Part shown: piece by piece, positions 8,357 to 17,684 of the stretch | Layout: every line of letters starts with the position of its first letter | Numbering within the stretch: the first letter of the stretch is position 1 | DNA from: an uncultured bacterium | GTDB taxonomy: Bacteria > Zixibacteria > MSB-5A5 > UBA10806 | NCBI GenBank assembly: GCA_965555375.1 | Contig: CBEWDL010000001.1 | Span: forward strand, 6,180 to 70,179 | Direction: 5' to 3' | Length of the DNA stretch: 64,000 nt | Program-made: the position numbers and the translations under genes | Notes under the pieces: generated by a model | Database searches by the model: none | Seen by the model: only the letters and a program-made list of their open reading frames with translations | Told to the model about the DNA's origin: nothing

Positions 8357-10234
8357 ATGATGAAAGGTTTGAATCCCGACGAAATAAAAGTAATCCTGGC
8401 CACGGATTGCGGTTCCACTACGACCAAGGCTATTCTCATAGAATACCACGACGGCGAATACCGGCTGATAGTTCGCGGTGAGGCGCCCACCACCGTGGAG
8501 GCGCCATTCGAGGACGTCACAATGGGAGCCCTGAATGCTATCGGCGAGGTCGAGGAGCTTTCCGGGCGCAAGATATTGGATGAGAACGATAAGATTATCA
8601 ACCCGAGAGAAGACAAAAACGGGCAGAAGATCGGGACTGACATATATGTATCCACCTCCTCGGCGGGCGGGGGGTTGCAGATGATGGTGGCCGGCGTGGT
8701 GCGCAAGATGACGGCCGAATCGGCGGAGAGGGCGGCGTTGGGGGCCGGCGCCATTGTCATGGATGTTATCGCCTCCAACGATAAGAGGCTTCCCCACCAG
8801 CAGATCGAGAGGATCAGGCATCTCCGTCCCGATATGATTCTGCTTTCGGGAGGTATCGATGGCGGCACTACCACCCATGTGGTGGAATTAGCCGAGCTTA
8901 TCTCGGCGGCCGATCCCAAGCCGCGGCTCGGGACGGGATATAAACTTCCGGTTATCTATGCCGGGAATAAAGATGTCAGAGAACTTGTAAGAGATACGCT
9001 CGGTGATAAAACGGCGCTGGATATAGTGGATAATTTGCGTCCCGTGCTGGAGAGAGAGAATCTCCTTCCGGCCAGAGAGAAGGTTCACGACCTGTTCATG
9101 GAGCATGTCATGGCACAGGCTCCCGGCTATCGTAAGCTGATGGAGTGGACCGACGCTCCCATCATGCCGACTCCGGGGGCGGTCGGAATAATCATCAAGC
9201 GGGTGGCCGATGAGATGAATATAGAAGCGGTGGGGGTCGATATCGGGGGAGCCACCACGGACGTTTTTTCCGTATTCCGGCCCGAGGGCAAGCCTGAAGG
9301 GGTTTTCAACCGCACGGTGTCGGCTAACCTGGGGATGAGCTATTCGGTTTCCAACGTCTTCGCCGAGGCCACCATGCCGAAGGTCATGCGCTGGGTGCCG
9401 TTCGATATGGACGAGCGCGACCTGAGAAATAGAGTCAAGAACAAGATGATCCGTCCCACGACGATTCCCCAATCGATGCAGGAGCTGGTTTTCGAGCAGG
9501 CCATCGCTAAGGAAGCATTAAGGCTGGCCTTCATCCAGCATAAGAATTTCGCTACCGAATTGAAGGGTATCCAGCAGCAGCGAACCATCGCCGATGCTTT
9601 CGATCAGAGCACTGCCGGAGCCACCATTGTGAATATGATGAGCCTTGCTATCCTGATCGGTTCAGGAGGCATACTTTCGCATGCACCCCGCCGGCAGCAG
9701 GCGGCCATGATGATGATCGATGCTTTTCAGCCGGAGGGTGTTACCGAGCTGGCAGTGGATTCCATATTCATGATGCCTCAGTTGGGAGTGCTATCCGAAG
9801 TTCACCCTCAGGCGGCGACGGAGGTGTTCAACAAGGACTGCCTGATTCATCTGGGTTGCTGTGTGGCGCCAGCCGGCGAGGGCCTTAAAAAGGGCCAGGA
9901 GATGATGGAGTATAAGATAGAGCTTCCAGACGGCAATATTGAGGAAGGTAAGATTGTTGACGGGCAGATGAAGCTCATAAAACTGGGCCTGGGGGATGAT
10001 GGCCAGCCGCTGGCGGCCAAGGGGACTCTCAAACCAGCCAGAAACCTCGATCTCGGGAGGGGTAAAGGCAATACGGTCACTACAGAGCTATCTGGCGGTG
10101 TGGTCGGCATAATCCTCGATGGCCGCAGACGGCCCTTCGTTCTCCCTAACGACGCGAAAACGCGTGTCGCCAAGCTCAAGGAGTGGATGCTGGAGCTGGA
10201 TATATACCCCAGAGAGCGGCTGGAGCAGCTTTAG
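8357..10234 (+). CDS. ASKHA-fold ATPase of the glutamate mutase accessory protein GlmL/MutL family, with ~160 aa C-terminal extension
   Basis: 625 aa. N-terminal phosphate-1 motif ILATDCGSTTTKAILIE. Second actin-fold motif VGVDIGGATTDVFSV. No mutase subunits nearby. Confidence 0.55.
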   Translation: MMKGLNPDEIKVILATDCGSTTTKAILIEYHDGEYRLIVRGEAPTTVEAPFEDVTMGALNAIGEVEELSGRKILDENDKIINPREDKNGQKIGTDIYVSTSSAGGGLQMMVAGVVRKMTAESAERAALGAGAIVMDVIASNDKRLPHQQIERIRHLRPDMILLSGGIDGGTTTHVVELAELISAADPKPRLGTGYKLPVIYAGNKDVRELVRDTLGDKTALDIVDNLRPVLERENLLPAREKVHDLFMEHVMAQAPGYRKLMEWTDAPIMPTPGAVGIIIKRVADEMNIEAVGVDIGGATTDVFSVFRPEGKPEGVFNRTVSANLGMSYSVSNVFAEATMPKVMRWVPFDMDERDLRNRVKNKMIRPTTIPQSMQELVFEQAIAKEALRLAFIQHKNFATELKGIQQQRTIADAFDQSTAGATIVNMMSLAILIGSGGILSHAPRRQQAAMMMIDAFQPEGVTELAVDSIFMMPQLGVLSEVHPQAATEVFNKDCLIHLGCCVAPAGEGLKKGQEMMEYKIELPDGNIEEGKIVDGQMKLIKLGLGDDGQPLAAKGTLKPARNLDLGRGKGNTVTTELSGGVVGIILDGRRRPFVLPNDAKTRVAKLKEWMLELDIYPRERLEQL

Positions 10235-10245
10235 AATCTGGTGTG

Positions 10246-10285
10246 TCGTCAGGCCTATGGCTCGTAGAGTCTCCCGACCTGACGA
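10246..10285. repeat. REP-family long-loop variant hairpin
   Basis: TCGTCAGG ... CCTGACGA, 8-bp stem. Loop CCTATGGCTCGTAGAG closely resembles the loop of the REP copy at 46046 (CCTATGGTTCGTATGAG). Confidence 0.45.
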
Positions 10286-10397
10286 TATTTCTATCTATGA
10301 AAAGCTATCGGTTAGGAGCACCTTACCCGCGAGTCAAGGCTTGCCCTGACCGCAGACGGCGATTAGTGTGTGGCCCGATCTTCAATCTTTCAGGATT

Positions 10398-11405
10398 TCA
10401 GCATCCACTGTGCTGGCTGGATACGATCCGTTCATATCCTTCGTCAGTAATGTTAACCAGCGCGGCGCCCCAGTCGAGTATCAGATATTCAAGCTTGCCG
10501 TCTTCATTGAGGTCAAAGGCACAATAGATATCATACCGCCAGGGACCGCGCCAGGGTTCCATAACAGTCCGAAATTCCCAGCCTTTTTCGGATAAATGTG
10601 CTTTGTAGAGTGCAAACCAGGAAGCCTCTCCACCGGTTGCCCCGCTTGCAGCTATGTAAAGAGAATCAGGTTTGTTTTCGGATAGGGGACCGAACGCTCT
10701 GATATTGAAAGGGTGAAGTTCATACGAGCGCGGCTTGTCATCTCTCGGACCCACCTCATGATATGTGCCGTCTTTTGCCAATATTTTTTTAGGCGCCCCC
10801 CTTCGCTGTTCTTCGCTTATGACTTTGTCGTAGGTTTTATAGGTGGCAGTTAATATTTCCTTTACGGAATTTTCCCAGGATAAATATGACGGATCGTCGA
10901 TTTGGTACCGCTGGAAGGGAATTATCGGACCATTGTAGAATCTGCCCTTTCGAAAAACAACCAAGTTCCGCTGGCCGGATGGCACAGGGACGTGCTGTTC
11001 TATAGGCCGAAGGGAACATTCCATGCCCGAACTACAACCTCCTATCCAGTAGCCCACTTCATCGATTATAGCAAGATATCTTCCGGCTGAGTTAAGTACC
11101 ATCACTGTATCACCGATTCTGTCCTTCACGTATCGGGCGATATAATCATCCGGCAATGGAATAAAATGCTCTCTTCCGGTAATATGTAATCGTGGATCGT
11201 CACGCAGCTCGCGACCGTTGATTCTTTCAGTACCGAGATATATCGGATCGGCAAGAATTAGATCTTTATCCACGAATCCTATCGTAATCCCGTTTTCGAA
11301 ATAAGATTTAACTGGCGCGTCGTTTGCGAATGGCTCCTGCCAGCAAGCCAACAACAGAATTAGAATCATGACAATCATCGAAAGTTTTGATCCGAGCAAA
11401 TTCAT
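10398..11405 (-). CDS. Secreted hypothetical protein (signal peptide, 335 aa)
   Basis: N-terminal hydrophobic leader MIVMILILLLAC. Trp/Tyr-rich mature part. No family recognised. Confidence 0.6.
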   Translation of the reverse strand: MNLLGSKLSMIVMILILLLACWQEPFANDAPVKSYFENGITIGFVDKDLILADPIYLGTERINGRELRDDPRLHITGREHFIPLPDDYIARYVKDRIGDTVMVLNSAGRYLAIIDEVGYWIGGCSSGMECSLRPIEQHVPVPSGQRNLVVFRKGRFYNGPIIPFQRYQIDDPSYLSWENSVKEILTATYKTYDKVISEEQRRGAPKKILAKDGTYHEVGPRDDKPRSYELHPFNIRAFGPLSENKPDSLYIAASGATGGEASWFALYKAHLSEKGWEFRTVMEPWRGPWRYDIYCAFDLNEDGKLEYLILDWGAALVNITDEGYERIVSSQHSGC

Positions 11406-11547
11406 AATACACCTCCTTATGAGCCGGGACGGGGCTAACCGAGAAATAATTCAAGTGTCCCTATTTATAATACGTCCAGGGAAGCGGCCAGGCAATATTT
11501 TTCCTGTTGCCAAATAGGTCATTCTTCTTCTAAGATCCTTCCAGCGA

Positions 11548-11940
11548 TTGGAGGCAATATTTTTGAACCCCGAAGATCTCATATCTCTCTCCCGCCAGAT
11601 CCAGAAGGCGTTTGACACCAAAGACATAGACGCTATCCTACAGCATTACCATGACGATATCGTCCTCATAAGCCCGTCGTTTCCGGAACCCGTTTGCGGC
11701 ATAGAAGATTTGAGAAAGGCGGCTGCTAATCATTTCAAGAATCCCCAGAGGACGACTACAACCTTAAAAGGTATAAGGGCTTATCCTGTCGGGGACAACG
11801 TCTGCCTGGTTTTCTGCAAGATCGAGGGCTACCAGTCTATATATTATTCGAGATACGATTTCAAAGGGTGGCTTTCGAGAGTCTTTATCGAAACCGATGA
11901 TGGCCCGAAGATGATAAGCGAGCATCTTTCCCTTTGTTGA
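11548..11940 (+). CDS. NTF2-like / SnoaL-like (DUF4440-type) small protein. TTG start inferred
   Basis: 130 aa. Conserved pattern ...DAILQHYHDDIVLISP... typical of the NTF2-like fold. Start codon uncertain. Confidence 0.5.
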   Translation: MEAIFLNPEDLISLSRQIQKAFDTKDIDAILQHYHDDIVLISPSFPEPVCGIEDLRKAAANHFKNPQRTTTTLKGIRAYPVGDNVCLVFCKIEGYQSIYYSRYDFKGWLSRVFIETDDGPKMISEHLSLC

Positions 11941-12180
11941 ATAGGAATACACCTGCTGATCCTACGTTGACGGATTTTGCGGGCCTTAACCGCCCATCTG
12001 CATTTGGAATTGATTCAACGTTTTTTCCGGCTGAAATCGCCGCCGATTAGATACCTGATACCTATATTCCCTGTAATTAATGGCGGGAACTCCCACTTAT
12101 TTAATGGGTTTACATTAATGATCGATTAGGCTATATTATGCCCCAAAACGGGCTTTGCTGAAAAATTAAGGAGGCAGGAA

Positions 12181-12489
12181 TTGTTCAACGGCGTGCTATT
12201 AATGGGGGCGCCCTCCGGCGGCGGGGGTGGCGGAGGCGGTTTATCCCTGCTTTTGATGTTCGGTCTGATTTTCGCCGTGATGTATTTTTTCATGATCAGG
12301 CCGCAACAGAGAAGGGAAAAAGAGCGCCAGAGGATAATCTCGGAACTCAAGAAAGGCGACCGGGTCGTCACCAGCTCCGGGATTTTTGGAACGGTATGGG
12401 GCATAAAGGATAACGTTGTCGTTTTGAAAGTCGATAACGATGTGAAAATGGAGTTTTTAAAAAGCGCAATTTCGGCCAAGGTCGAATAA
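12181..12489 (+). CDS. yajC: Preprotein translocase subunit YajC
   Basis: TM segment LLMFGLIFAVMYFFMIRPQQRRE followed by KGDRVVTSSGIFGTV. TTG start 7 nt after AAGGAGG. Gly8 tract near N-terminus. Confidence 0.8.
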   Translation: MFNGVLLMGAPSGGGGGGGGLSLLLMFGLIFAVMYFFMIRPQQRREKERQRIISELKKGDRVVTSSGIFGTVWGIKDNVVVLKVDNDVKMEFLKSAISAKVE

Positions 12490-12511
12490 TTTATGGCGGG
12501 AGCTTAAGAGC

Positions 12512-13030
12512 TTGTCTATTCTGCCCATTAAAGTTTACGGTGAAGAGGTCCTGAGGGAAAAATCCCGGGTCATTGAGAATGTCGATGGCCAGATGGTGGA
12601 TTTTTTGGAAGGTATGAACCGGACCATGCTATACGCTAAGGGTCTGGGATTGGCGGGCAATCAGGTGGGCCGCGCCATCAGGGCTTTCTCCATCGATCTT
12701 TCGCATTTTGATGTTCTGGCCGAGCCTAAGATATTCGTCAACCCGGAAGTCATGAAAATCGGGAGTAACGCAATTACCGGCGAGGAAGGCTGCCTGTCGT
12801 TTCCCGGTCTTTTTCAAATGATTGAAAGGCCGGATAAGGTCACCATCAGGAGCATCGACTTCAACGGCAAGGAATATTTTTTCGAGGCTGATGGGATGGT
12901 GGCCAGAGTAATCTTACATGAGATAGACCATCTCGACGGCACCTTATTCATAGACAAACTCAGCCCCGCACAAAGAAGACTCATAAAAGGAAAGCTGAAC
13001 AAAATCAAGGCCGGCGAAAAGGTTGGATGA
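12512..13030 (+). CDS. def: Peptide deformylase
   Basis: Motifs GLAGNQVG, EGCLSFPG and HEIDHLDG. TTG start. Confidence 0.9.
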   Translation: MSILPIKVYGEEVLREKSRVIENVDGQMVDFLEGMNRTMLYAKGLGLAGNQVGRAIRAFSIDLSHFDVLAEPKIFVNPEVMKIGSNAITGEEGCLSFPGLFQMIERPDKVTIRSIDFNGKEYFFEADGMVARVILHEIDHLDGTLFIDKLSPAQRRLIKGKLNKIKAGEKVG

Positions 13031-13980
13031 GGCTTTTATTTTTTGGGACGCCTGATTTTGCATCGCAATGCCTCCGGAAAATCCTATCGTCGAAACACAG
13101 CGTGGCAACGGTGGTGACCGCGCCGGATCGGCCGATGGGGCGGGGGAGGAAGCTGGCGCAGACGGCGGTAAAAGTGCTGGCAGGTTCGCACGGGCTGGAG
13201 ATTCTGCAGCCGGAGAGGCTGAAAGATCCATCATTCCTCCAAAGACTTGCGGACCTTAAGGCGGATATATTCTGCGTGGTAGCATTCAGGATTTTGCCGG
13301 AAGAAGTATTCAGTATGCCGCCCGAGGGATGCATCAACCTTCATGCCTCGCTTCTGCCGAAATACCGGGGCGCGGCGCCGATCAACTGGGCTTTGATCAA
13401 CGGAGAAAGCGAAACGGGCCTGACCACATTTTTTATCCGTCGCCAGGTCGACACCGGGGAGATAATCCTGCAGGAGAAGCTTGATATCGGGCCGGATGAA
13501 ACCTTCGGCAGTCTGCACGATAGGATGGCCGAAATGGGGGGGAAATTGCTTATCCGGACCCTGGATTTGATAGAGTCGGGCAATGTCGTTCCCTTAAAGC
13601 AGGATGATAGTCAGGCGTCATCGGCCCCGAAGATCTATCCTGAGTTGGGCAAAGTAAACTGGAGCAACTCGGCACGTGAGATTCACAATCTGGTTCGAGG
13701 ATTATCGCCGCGACCGGCGGCGTTTTCGTATCTGGATCAAAAAAGAATTACTTTGCTGTTGACGGAATTGGTAACGGATGAACCGGTCGGTCAAAAGCCG
13801 GGATCGGTTATAGTGTCAGATCCGAAAAAAGGAATAGTGGTCGCTTGCGGGGAGGGTTCTTTAAAGCTCCTGCAATTGAAACCCGAGTCGGGGAGGGCTA
13901 TGACGGGAGCCGAATTCGTCCGCGGGTACCGGTTGACAGCCGGTGCCTGCTTTGGAGGTCATGTTGAAAGCAAAGGGTAG
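13027..13980 (+). CDS. fmt: Methionyl-tRNA formyltransferase
   Basis: N-terminal MRLLFFGTPDFA. 317 aa. Immediately downstream of def, overlapping by 4 nt. Confidence 0.9.
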   Translation: MRLLFFGTPDFASQCLRKILSSKHSVATVVTAPDRPMGRGRKLAQTAVKVLAGSHGLEILQPERLKDPSFLQRLADLKADIFCVVAFRILPEEVFSMPPEGCINLHASLLPKYRGAAPINWALINGESETGLTTFFIRRQVDTGEIILQEKLDIGPDETFGSLHDRMAEMGGKLLIRTLDLIESGNVVPLKQDDSQASSAPKIYPELGKVNWSNSAREIHNLVRGLSPRPAAFSYLDQKRITLLLTELVTDEPVGQKPGSVIVSDPKKGIVVACGEGSLKLLQLKPESGRAMTGAEFVRGYRLTAGACFGGHVESKG

Positions 13981-15526
13981 TTCCCAGATATATGTAAATG
14001 TCACCGATTACGAGACCCGGATAGCGGTCGTTGAGGATGGTAAGCTGGTCGAACTGATAACCGAAAGGCCGGAAAGCGAACGAATCGTAGGGGATATATA
14101 TAAGGGCAAAGTGACGGCGGTCCTTCCGGGCATCCAGGCGGCATTTGTAAATATCGGCCTCGAGAAAGCGGGTTTTCTGCACTTTTCGGATACTTCAGAT
14201 TTCAGAGGAACCCAGAATCTTCTTTTCGATATGGATTATATCGATGAAGACACTCTTGATGCCCCATTGGTTTCCAGGCGAAAAAGATCGTCCGGCATAA
14301 CAGATCTCATAAAGAAGGGACAGGAGATTCTGGTCCAGGTTATAAGGGAACCGATAGGCAACAAGGGGCCGCGACTGACCACTGTCATATCTCTGCCAGG
14401 AAGATACATCGTCATGGTTCCGGGAGGGAACCACATCGGTATTTCCAGGAAAATCTCAGATTTAGCGGAGAAGAAAAAGCTACGCAAAATCGTTTCCGAT
14501 CTAAAGCCGGCAAATTTCGGAATAATTGTCAGGACGGTCGCCGAGGGCAAAGGTCAAAAGGGGTTCAAGGCCGATATGACCATGCTTACGAAGCTCTGGA
14601 ATAACATGAAAAAGCAGGTAGAAAAATCGACTGCCCCGGCGCTCGTTCACAGGGATCTGGATGTTACCGGCGGTATTATCAGAGATCTTCTCACCCGGGA
14701 TATGGATCGGGTTGTGATAGACAACAAAAAAGAATTTTCCAAGATAATGAAGTATCTCAAAGCGCTCGATCCCAAGCTGCGATCTATTGTGGAGCTTTAT
14801 AAGGATCCCGAACCGATTTTCGACAAGATGGAAATCGAATCCGAGATAGAAAAGATGCTTGAACGGCGGGTCTGGATCAAAGGCGGGGCCAATATCGTGA
14901 TTGATCAGACGGAGGCTCTGGTAACCATCGATGTCAATACCGGTAGGTATAGTAGCAAGGCCAGGGGCGAGGACGCCATTTACAGGACGAATCTGGAAGC
15001 GGCCCGCGTCATTGCCCGCCAGATGAGACTTCGGGATATTGGCGGCATTATAATCGTTGATTTTATTGATATGGAAGATAAAGAACGCCGCAGACGGGTC
15101 TATGAAGAATTCAGAAACTCCCTGGCACGAGACCGCTCAGAGAATCATATATCGTCGATCTCCGATCTGGGCCTGGTGGAAATGACCCGTAAGCGGATAA
15201 GGCCATCGTTCATGCATGCGACATCTGAGCCCTGCCCGGTATGCGATGGCATCGGGCGGGTTCTTTCCCGAGAATCCGTGGCGGTAAAAATCGAGCGCTG
15301 GTTCAAACGGGCCCGCACATCATCATCGTTGAAACATTATCAACTGATAGCCGCCCCGCAGGTCGGAGACATTCTACTCAATGGCAGGCCGAACCGGCTC
15401 CGGCTCCTCGAGAAAAACTCAAAGCTTAAAATAGATCTGATAATAGACACCTCTCTTCACCCGGACGAGTTCAAGGTAATCGATGCCTCATCCGATATCG
15501 AAGTTACCGAAAAATATAAAGCCTGA
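13961..15526 (+). CDS. rng: Ribonuclease G (RNase E/G family). Start taken at second in-frame ATG (MLKAKGS); the ORF track opens at 13943
   Basis: S1-like N-terminus IYVNVTDYETRIAVVEDGKLVEL. About 520 aa, too short for RNase E. Confidence 0.85.
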   Translation: MLKAKGSSQIYVNVTDYETRIAVVEDGKLVELITERPESERIVGDIYKGKVTAVLPGIQAAFVNIGLEKAGFLHFSDTSDFRGTQNLLFDMDYIDEDTLDAPLVSRRKRSSGITDLIKKGQEILVQVIREPIGNKGPRLTTVISLPGRYIVMVPGGNHIGISRKISDLAEKKKLRKIVSDLKPANFGIIVRTVAEGKGQKGFKADMTMLTKLWNNMKKQVEKSTAPALVHRDLDVTGGIIRDLLTRDMDRVVIDNKKEFSKIMKYLKALDPKLRSIVELYKDPEPIFDKMEIESEIEKMLERRVWIKGGANIVIDQTEALVTIDVNTGRYSSKARGEDAIYRTNLEAARVIARQMRLRDIGGIIIVDFIDMEDKERRRRVYEEFRNSLARDRSENHISSISDLGLVEMTRKRIRPSFMHATSEPCPVCDGIGRVLSRESVAVKIERWFKRARTSSSLKHYQLIAAPQVGDILLNGRPNRLRLLEKNSKLKIDLIIDTSLHPDEFKVIDASSDIEVTEKYKA

Positions 15527-15533
15527 AAAGTTA

Positions 15534-16670
15534 TTGGCATTCTCAGTATATCTTCTCGCCGTCGCTGCTCCTATCTCGATCGTGCTGGCCCAGATAGCCG
15601 CGGGCCTGGTGATTTTAAGCGGGATCGCCTGCACGGCCTCTCGTTCTGAGAGAATCAGGCTGCCTGTATGGGGATCAATATTGTTGCCATCTTTTCTGGT
15701 ATTGGTGCTTTTGTCCTCCTTCTTTTCTTATGATCTTGTATCAGCCGTTCCTCAGCTTAAAAAAAGCTGGGTTATGATCTGCTTTTTCCCGATGGTGGCG
15801 TTTTCGTCGGCCTTCTCCTTGAAGAGGCTTGTCGATCTTTTAATCCTGGGCACGGGAGTAACATCGCTTCTAGGTTTGTTTCGTTATATAACAGGCGCGG
15901 TCGAGCGGGCCGCTCCTTTTTCAGGTGGATATACAACCATGGCGTTGTTTGAGGCGGCCATGATACCTCTTGCTTTAGCTTTTTTTGCGGAGGGAAAATC
16001 ATCAAAAAGATGGTTCTATTTATCGGCAGGAGTGGTTATGGCTGCGGGTTTGTTTTTTTCGGGTACCAGGGCCGGATGGTTTTCTGCGGCGGTGGGTGTT
16101 TTGATTGTCGGGTCTTATCTGAATAAGAAACGAACCGCTATCGGGCTGCTCATAGCGGTCGCACTTCTGGCCGCGATCCCGCATAGCCGTGGTTTGATTG
16201 TTGAGCGTTTCAAGGCGGATAAGAAAGGTGGGGTAACAAGCGGGCGCGCCTCCCTGTATGTGGCTTCATTGGAACCGATATCACATTTACCATTCTGGGG
16301 ATACGGCCCGGGGAGTTTCAAAAAGCTTGCACCTGAGAGCTTGTTGGAAGAGATAGGCGATACAGGAATTCAGAGCTGGCATTCAACGCCACTGGAGATA
16401 TTGATAGAATCCGGGCCGCTGGCGCTGATTCTGTTCCTGGGCCTGGCGTCGGGGCCGATTCTAATATGCTGGCGGAGTCGTGCGAGAGCGCCCGGCGATG
16501 GAACATTCTGGATGGCGATATTATCTTCACTCGTGGCCCTGTATCTGGCCGGGCTGACAACCAATCTCTTGAGAGATTTTATGCTTTTATCCCTTTTAAC
16601 GATAATCTGGTCAGTATCGGTCAGTGACCTGAGAAAACCTCCCCAATCGGGGAAGAAATTTGAACTTTGA
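15534..16670 (+). CDS. O-antigen ligase (Wzy_C/RfaL) family membrane protein. TTG start just after the rng stop; the ORF is open from 15483
   Basis: About 10 predicted TM segments with a large periplasmic loop region. Family call moderately uncertain. Confidence 0.5.
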   Translation: MAFSVYLLAVAAPISIVLAQIAAGLVILSGIACTASRSERIRLPVWGSILLPSFLVLVLLSSFFSYDLVSAVPQLKKSWVMICFFPMVAFSSAFSLKRLVDLLILGTGVTSLLGLFRYITGAVERAAPFSGGYTTMALFEAAMIPLALAFFAEGKSSKRWFYLSAGVVMAAGLFFSGTRAGWFSAAVGVLIVGSYLNKKRTAIGLLIAVALLAAIPHSRGLIVERFKADKKGGVTSGRASLYVASLEPISHLPFWGYGPGSFKKLAPESLLEEIGDTGIQSWHSTPLEILIESGPLALILFLGLASGPILICWRSRARAPGDGTFWMAILSSLVALYLAGLTTNLLRDFMLLSLLTIIWSVSVSDLRKPPQSGKKFEL

Positions 16671-16712
16671 TTGTCTTGCAAACATTAACAAAAGATACGC
16701 GATAGGTGTTTT

Positions 16713-17258
16713 ATGACTTTCCAGAAGAACCTTATTGACGAAGGTATAATCCAGGTAGCGGCCATGATGGAGATCGCCGCCCGGACGGCTCCCAAGTCGA
16801 AAGGCGAGGATTTTATCGAGATTATGACGATTGCGGGCCGGAAGGTAAAAGAACTTGCAGATGCTATGATCAAATTCGGGAAGGAGAAAAATAAAAGCAA
16901 TTTCGACCGGGATGCCGCTAACGTGGCGGCCTCCAGGGCGGTGGTCATTATCGGGCTGAATAACAGCACATCTTTAGGCCTCAACTGCGGCGCCTGCGGC
17001 TATCATGATTGCGACGCCTTTAACAGGGCCAAGCAGGTGGATGTTGAATTTTTGGGGCCGTTATGCAGCTACCGCCTTATCGATCTGGGCCTGGCAGTCG
17101 GCTCGGCGGTCAAGACGGCGCAGATATTCAATGTCGACAACCGAATTATGTACCGGATCGGGGTCGCCGCCCGGTGGATGGGTCTGGTGGATTGGGATTA
17201 TCTTCTGGGGATTCCCCTTTCGGCGACGGGGAAAAACATATATTTTGATCGCGGGTAA
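16713..17258 (+). CDS. DUF2148-type ferredoxin-like protein
   Basis: 181 aa. Cys cluster CGACGYHDC. Length and motif match DUF2148. Confidence 0.5.
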   Translation: MTFQKNLIDEGIIQVAAMMEIAARTAPKSKGEDFIEIMTIAGRKVKELADAMIKFGKEKNKSNFDRDAANVAASRAVVIIGLNNSTSLGLNCGACGYHDCDAFNRAKQVDVEFLGPLCSYRLIDLGLAVGSAVKTAQIFNVDNRIMYRIGVAARWMGLVDWDYLLGIPLSATGKNIYFDRG

Positions 17259-17372
17259 GTGAAACAAAACAATATTCGAGGTGTTAAATTACATGATTCT
17301 GGATATGGTGCTTGACTGGACTGGAGATAGAGGATTATTATATTAAAAATTTTTAGATAATTGGGAGGTGTG

Positions 17373-17684
17373 ATGCGAGCGATTATTGAAACCGGCGGGA
17401 CCCAGGTCCCTGTTGAAGTTAATGCTAACTGCAAGATACCCGGAGTGAACTTAAAGGTCGGGGAGGAAATCAATTTTGAAAAAGTATTGTTGATCTCCAC
17501 GGATGGGGAACCAACTGTCGGCAAGCCATATATCGAGGGCGCCTCTGTCAGGGGCGAGGTCGTGGCTCATGGCAGGTTCGACAAGGTTACCGTATTCAAA
17601 TTTAAAAGGCGCCGCAAATATCGTCGCAAGACCGGACATAAACAGGCCTTCACCGAGATTCTGGTCAAAGAAATAAGCCAATGA
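17373..17684 (+). CDS. rplU: 50S ribosomal protein L21
   Basis: MRAIIETGGTQVPV... matches the L21 N-terminus. Basic C-terminus. RBS GGGAGG upstream. Confidence 0.85.
   Translation: MRAIIETGGTQVPVEVNANCKIPGVNLKVGEEINFEKVLLISTDGEPTVGKPYIEGASVRGEVVAHGRFDKVTVFKFKRRRKYRRKTGHKQAFTEILVKEISQ

Noticed and set aside
8194-8919. Two overlapping minus-strand ORFs of 241 and 206 aa
   Set aside because: Antisense to the start of the GlmL-like gene and to the repeat-rich non-coding region. Low-complexity Ser/Pro/Arg-rich translations. No RBS.
12217-12243. GGCGGCGGGGGTGGCGGAGGCGGT G-rich tract
   Set aside because: Encodes a Gly8 run inside the yajC N-terminus. A low-complexity coding feature, not a repeat element or G-quadruplex regulatory site.
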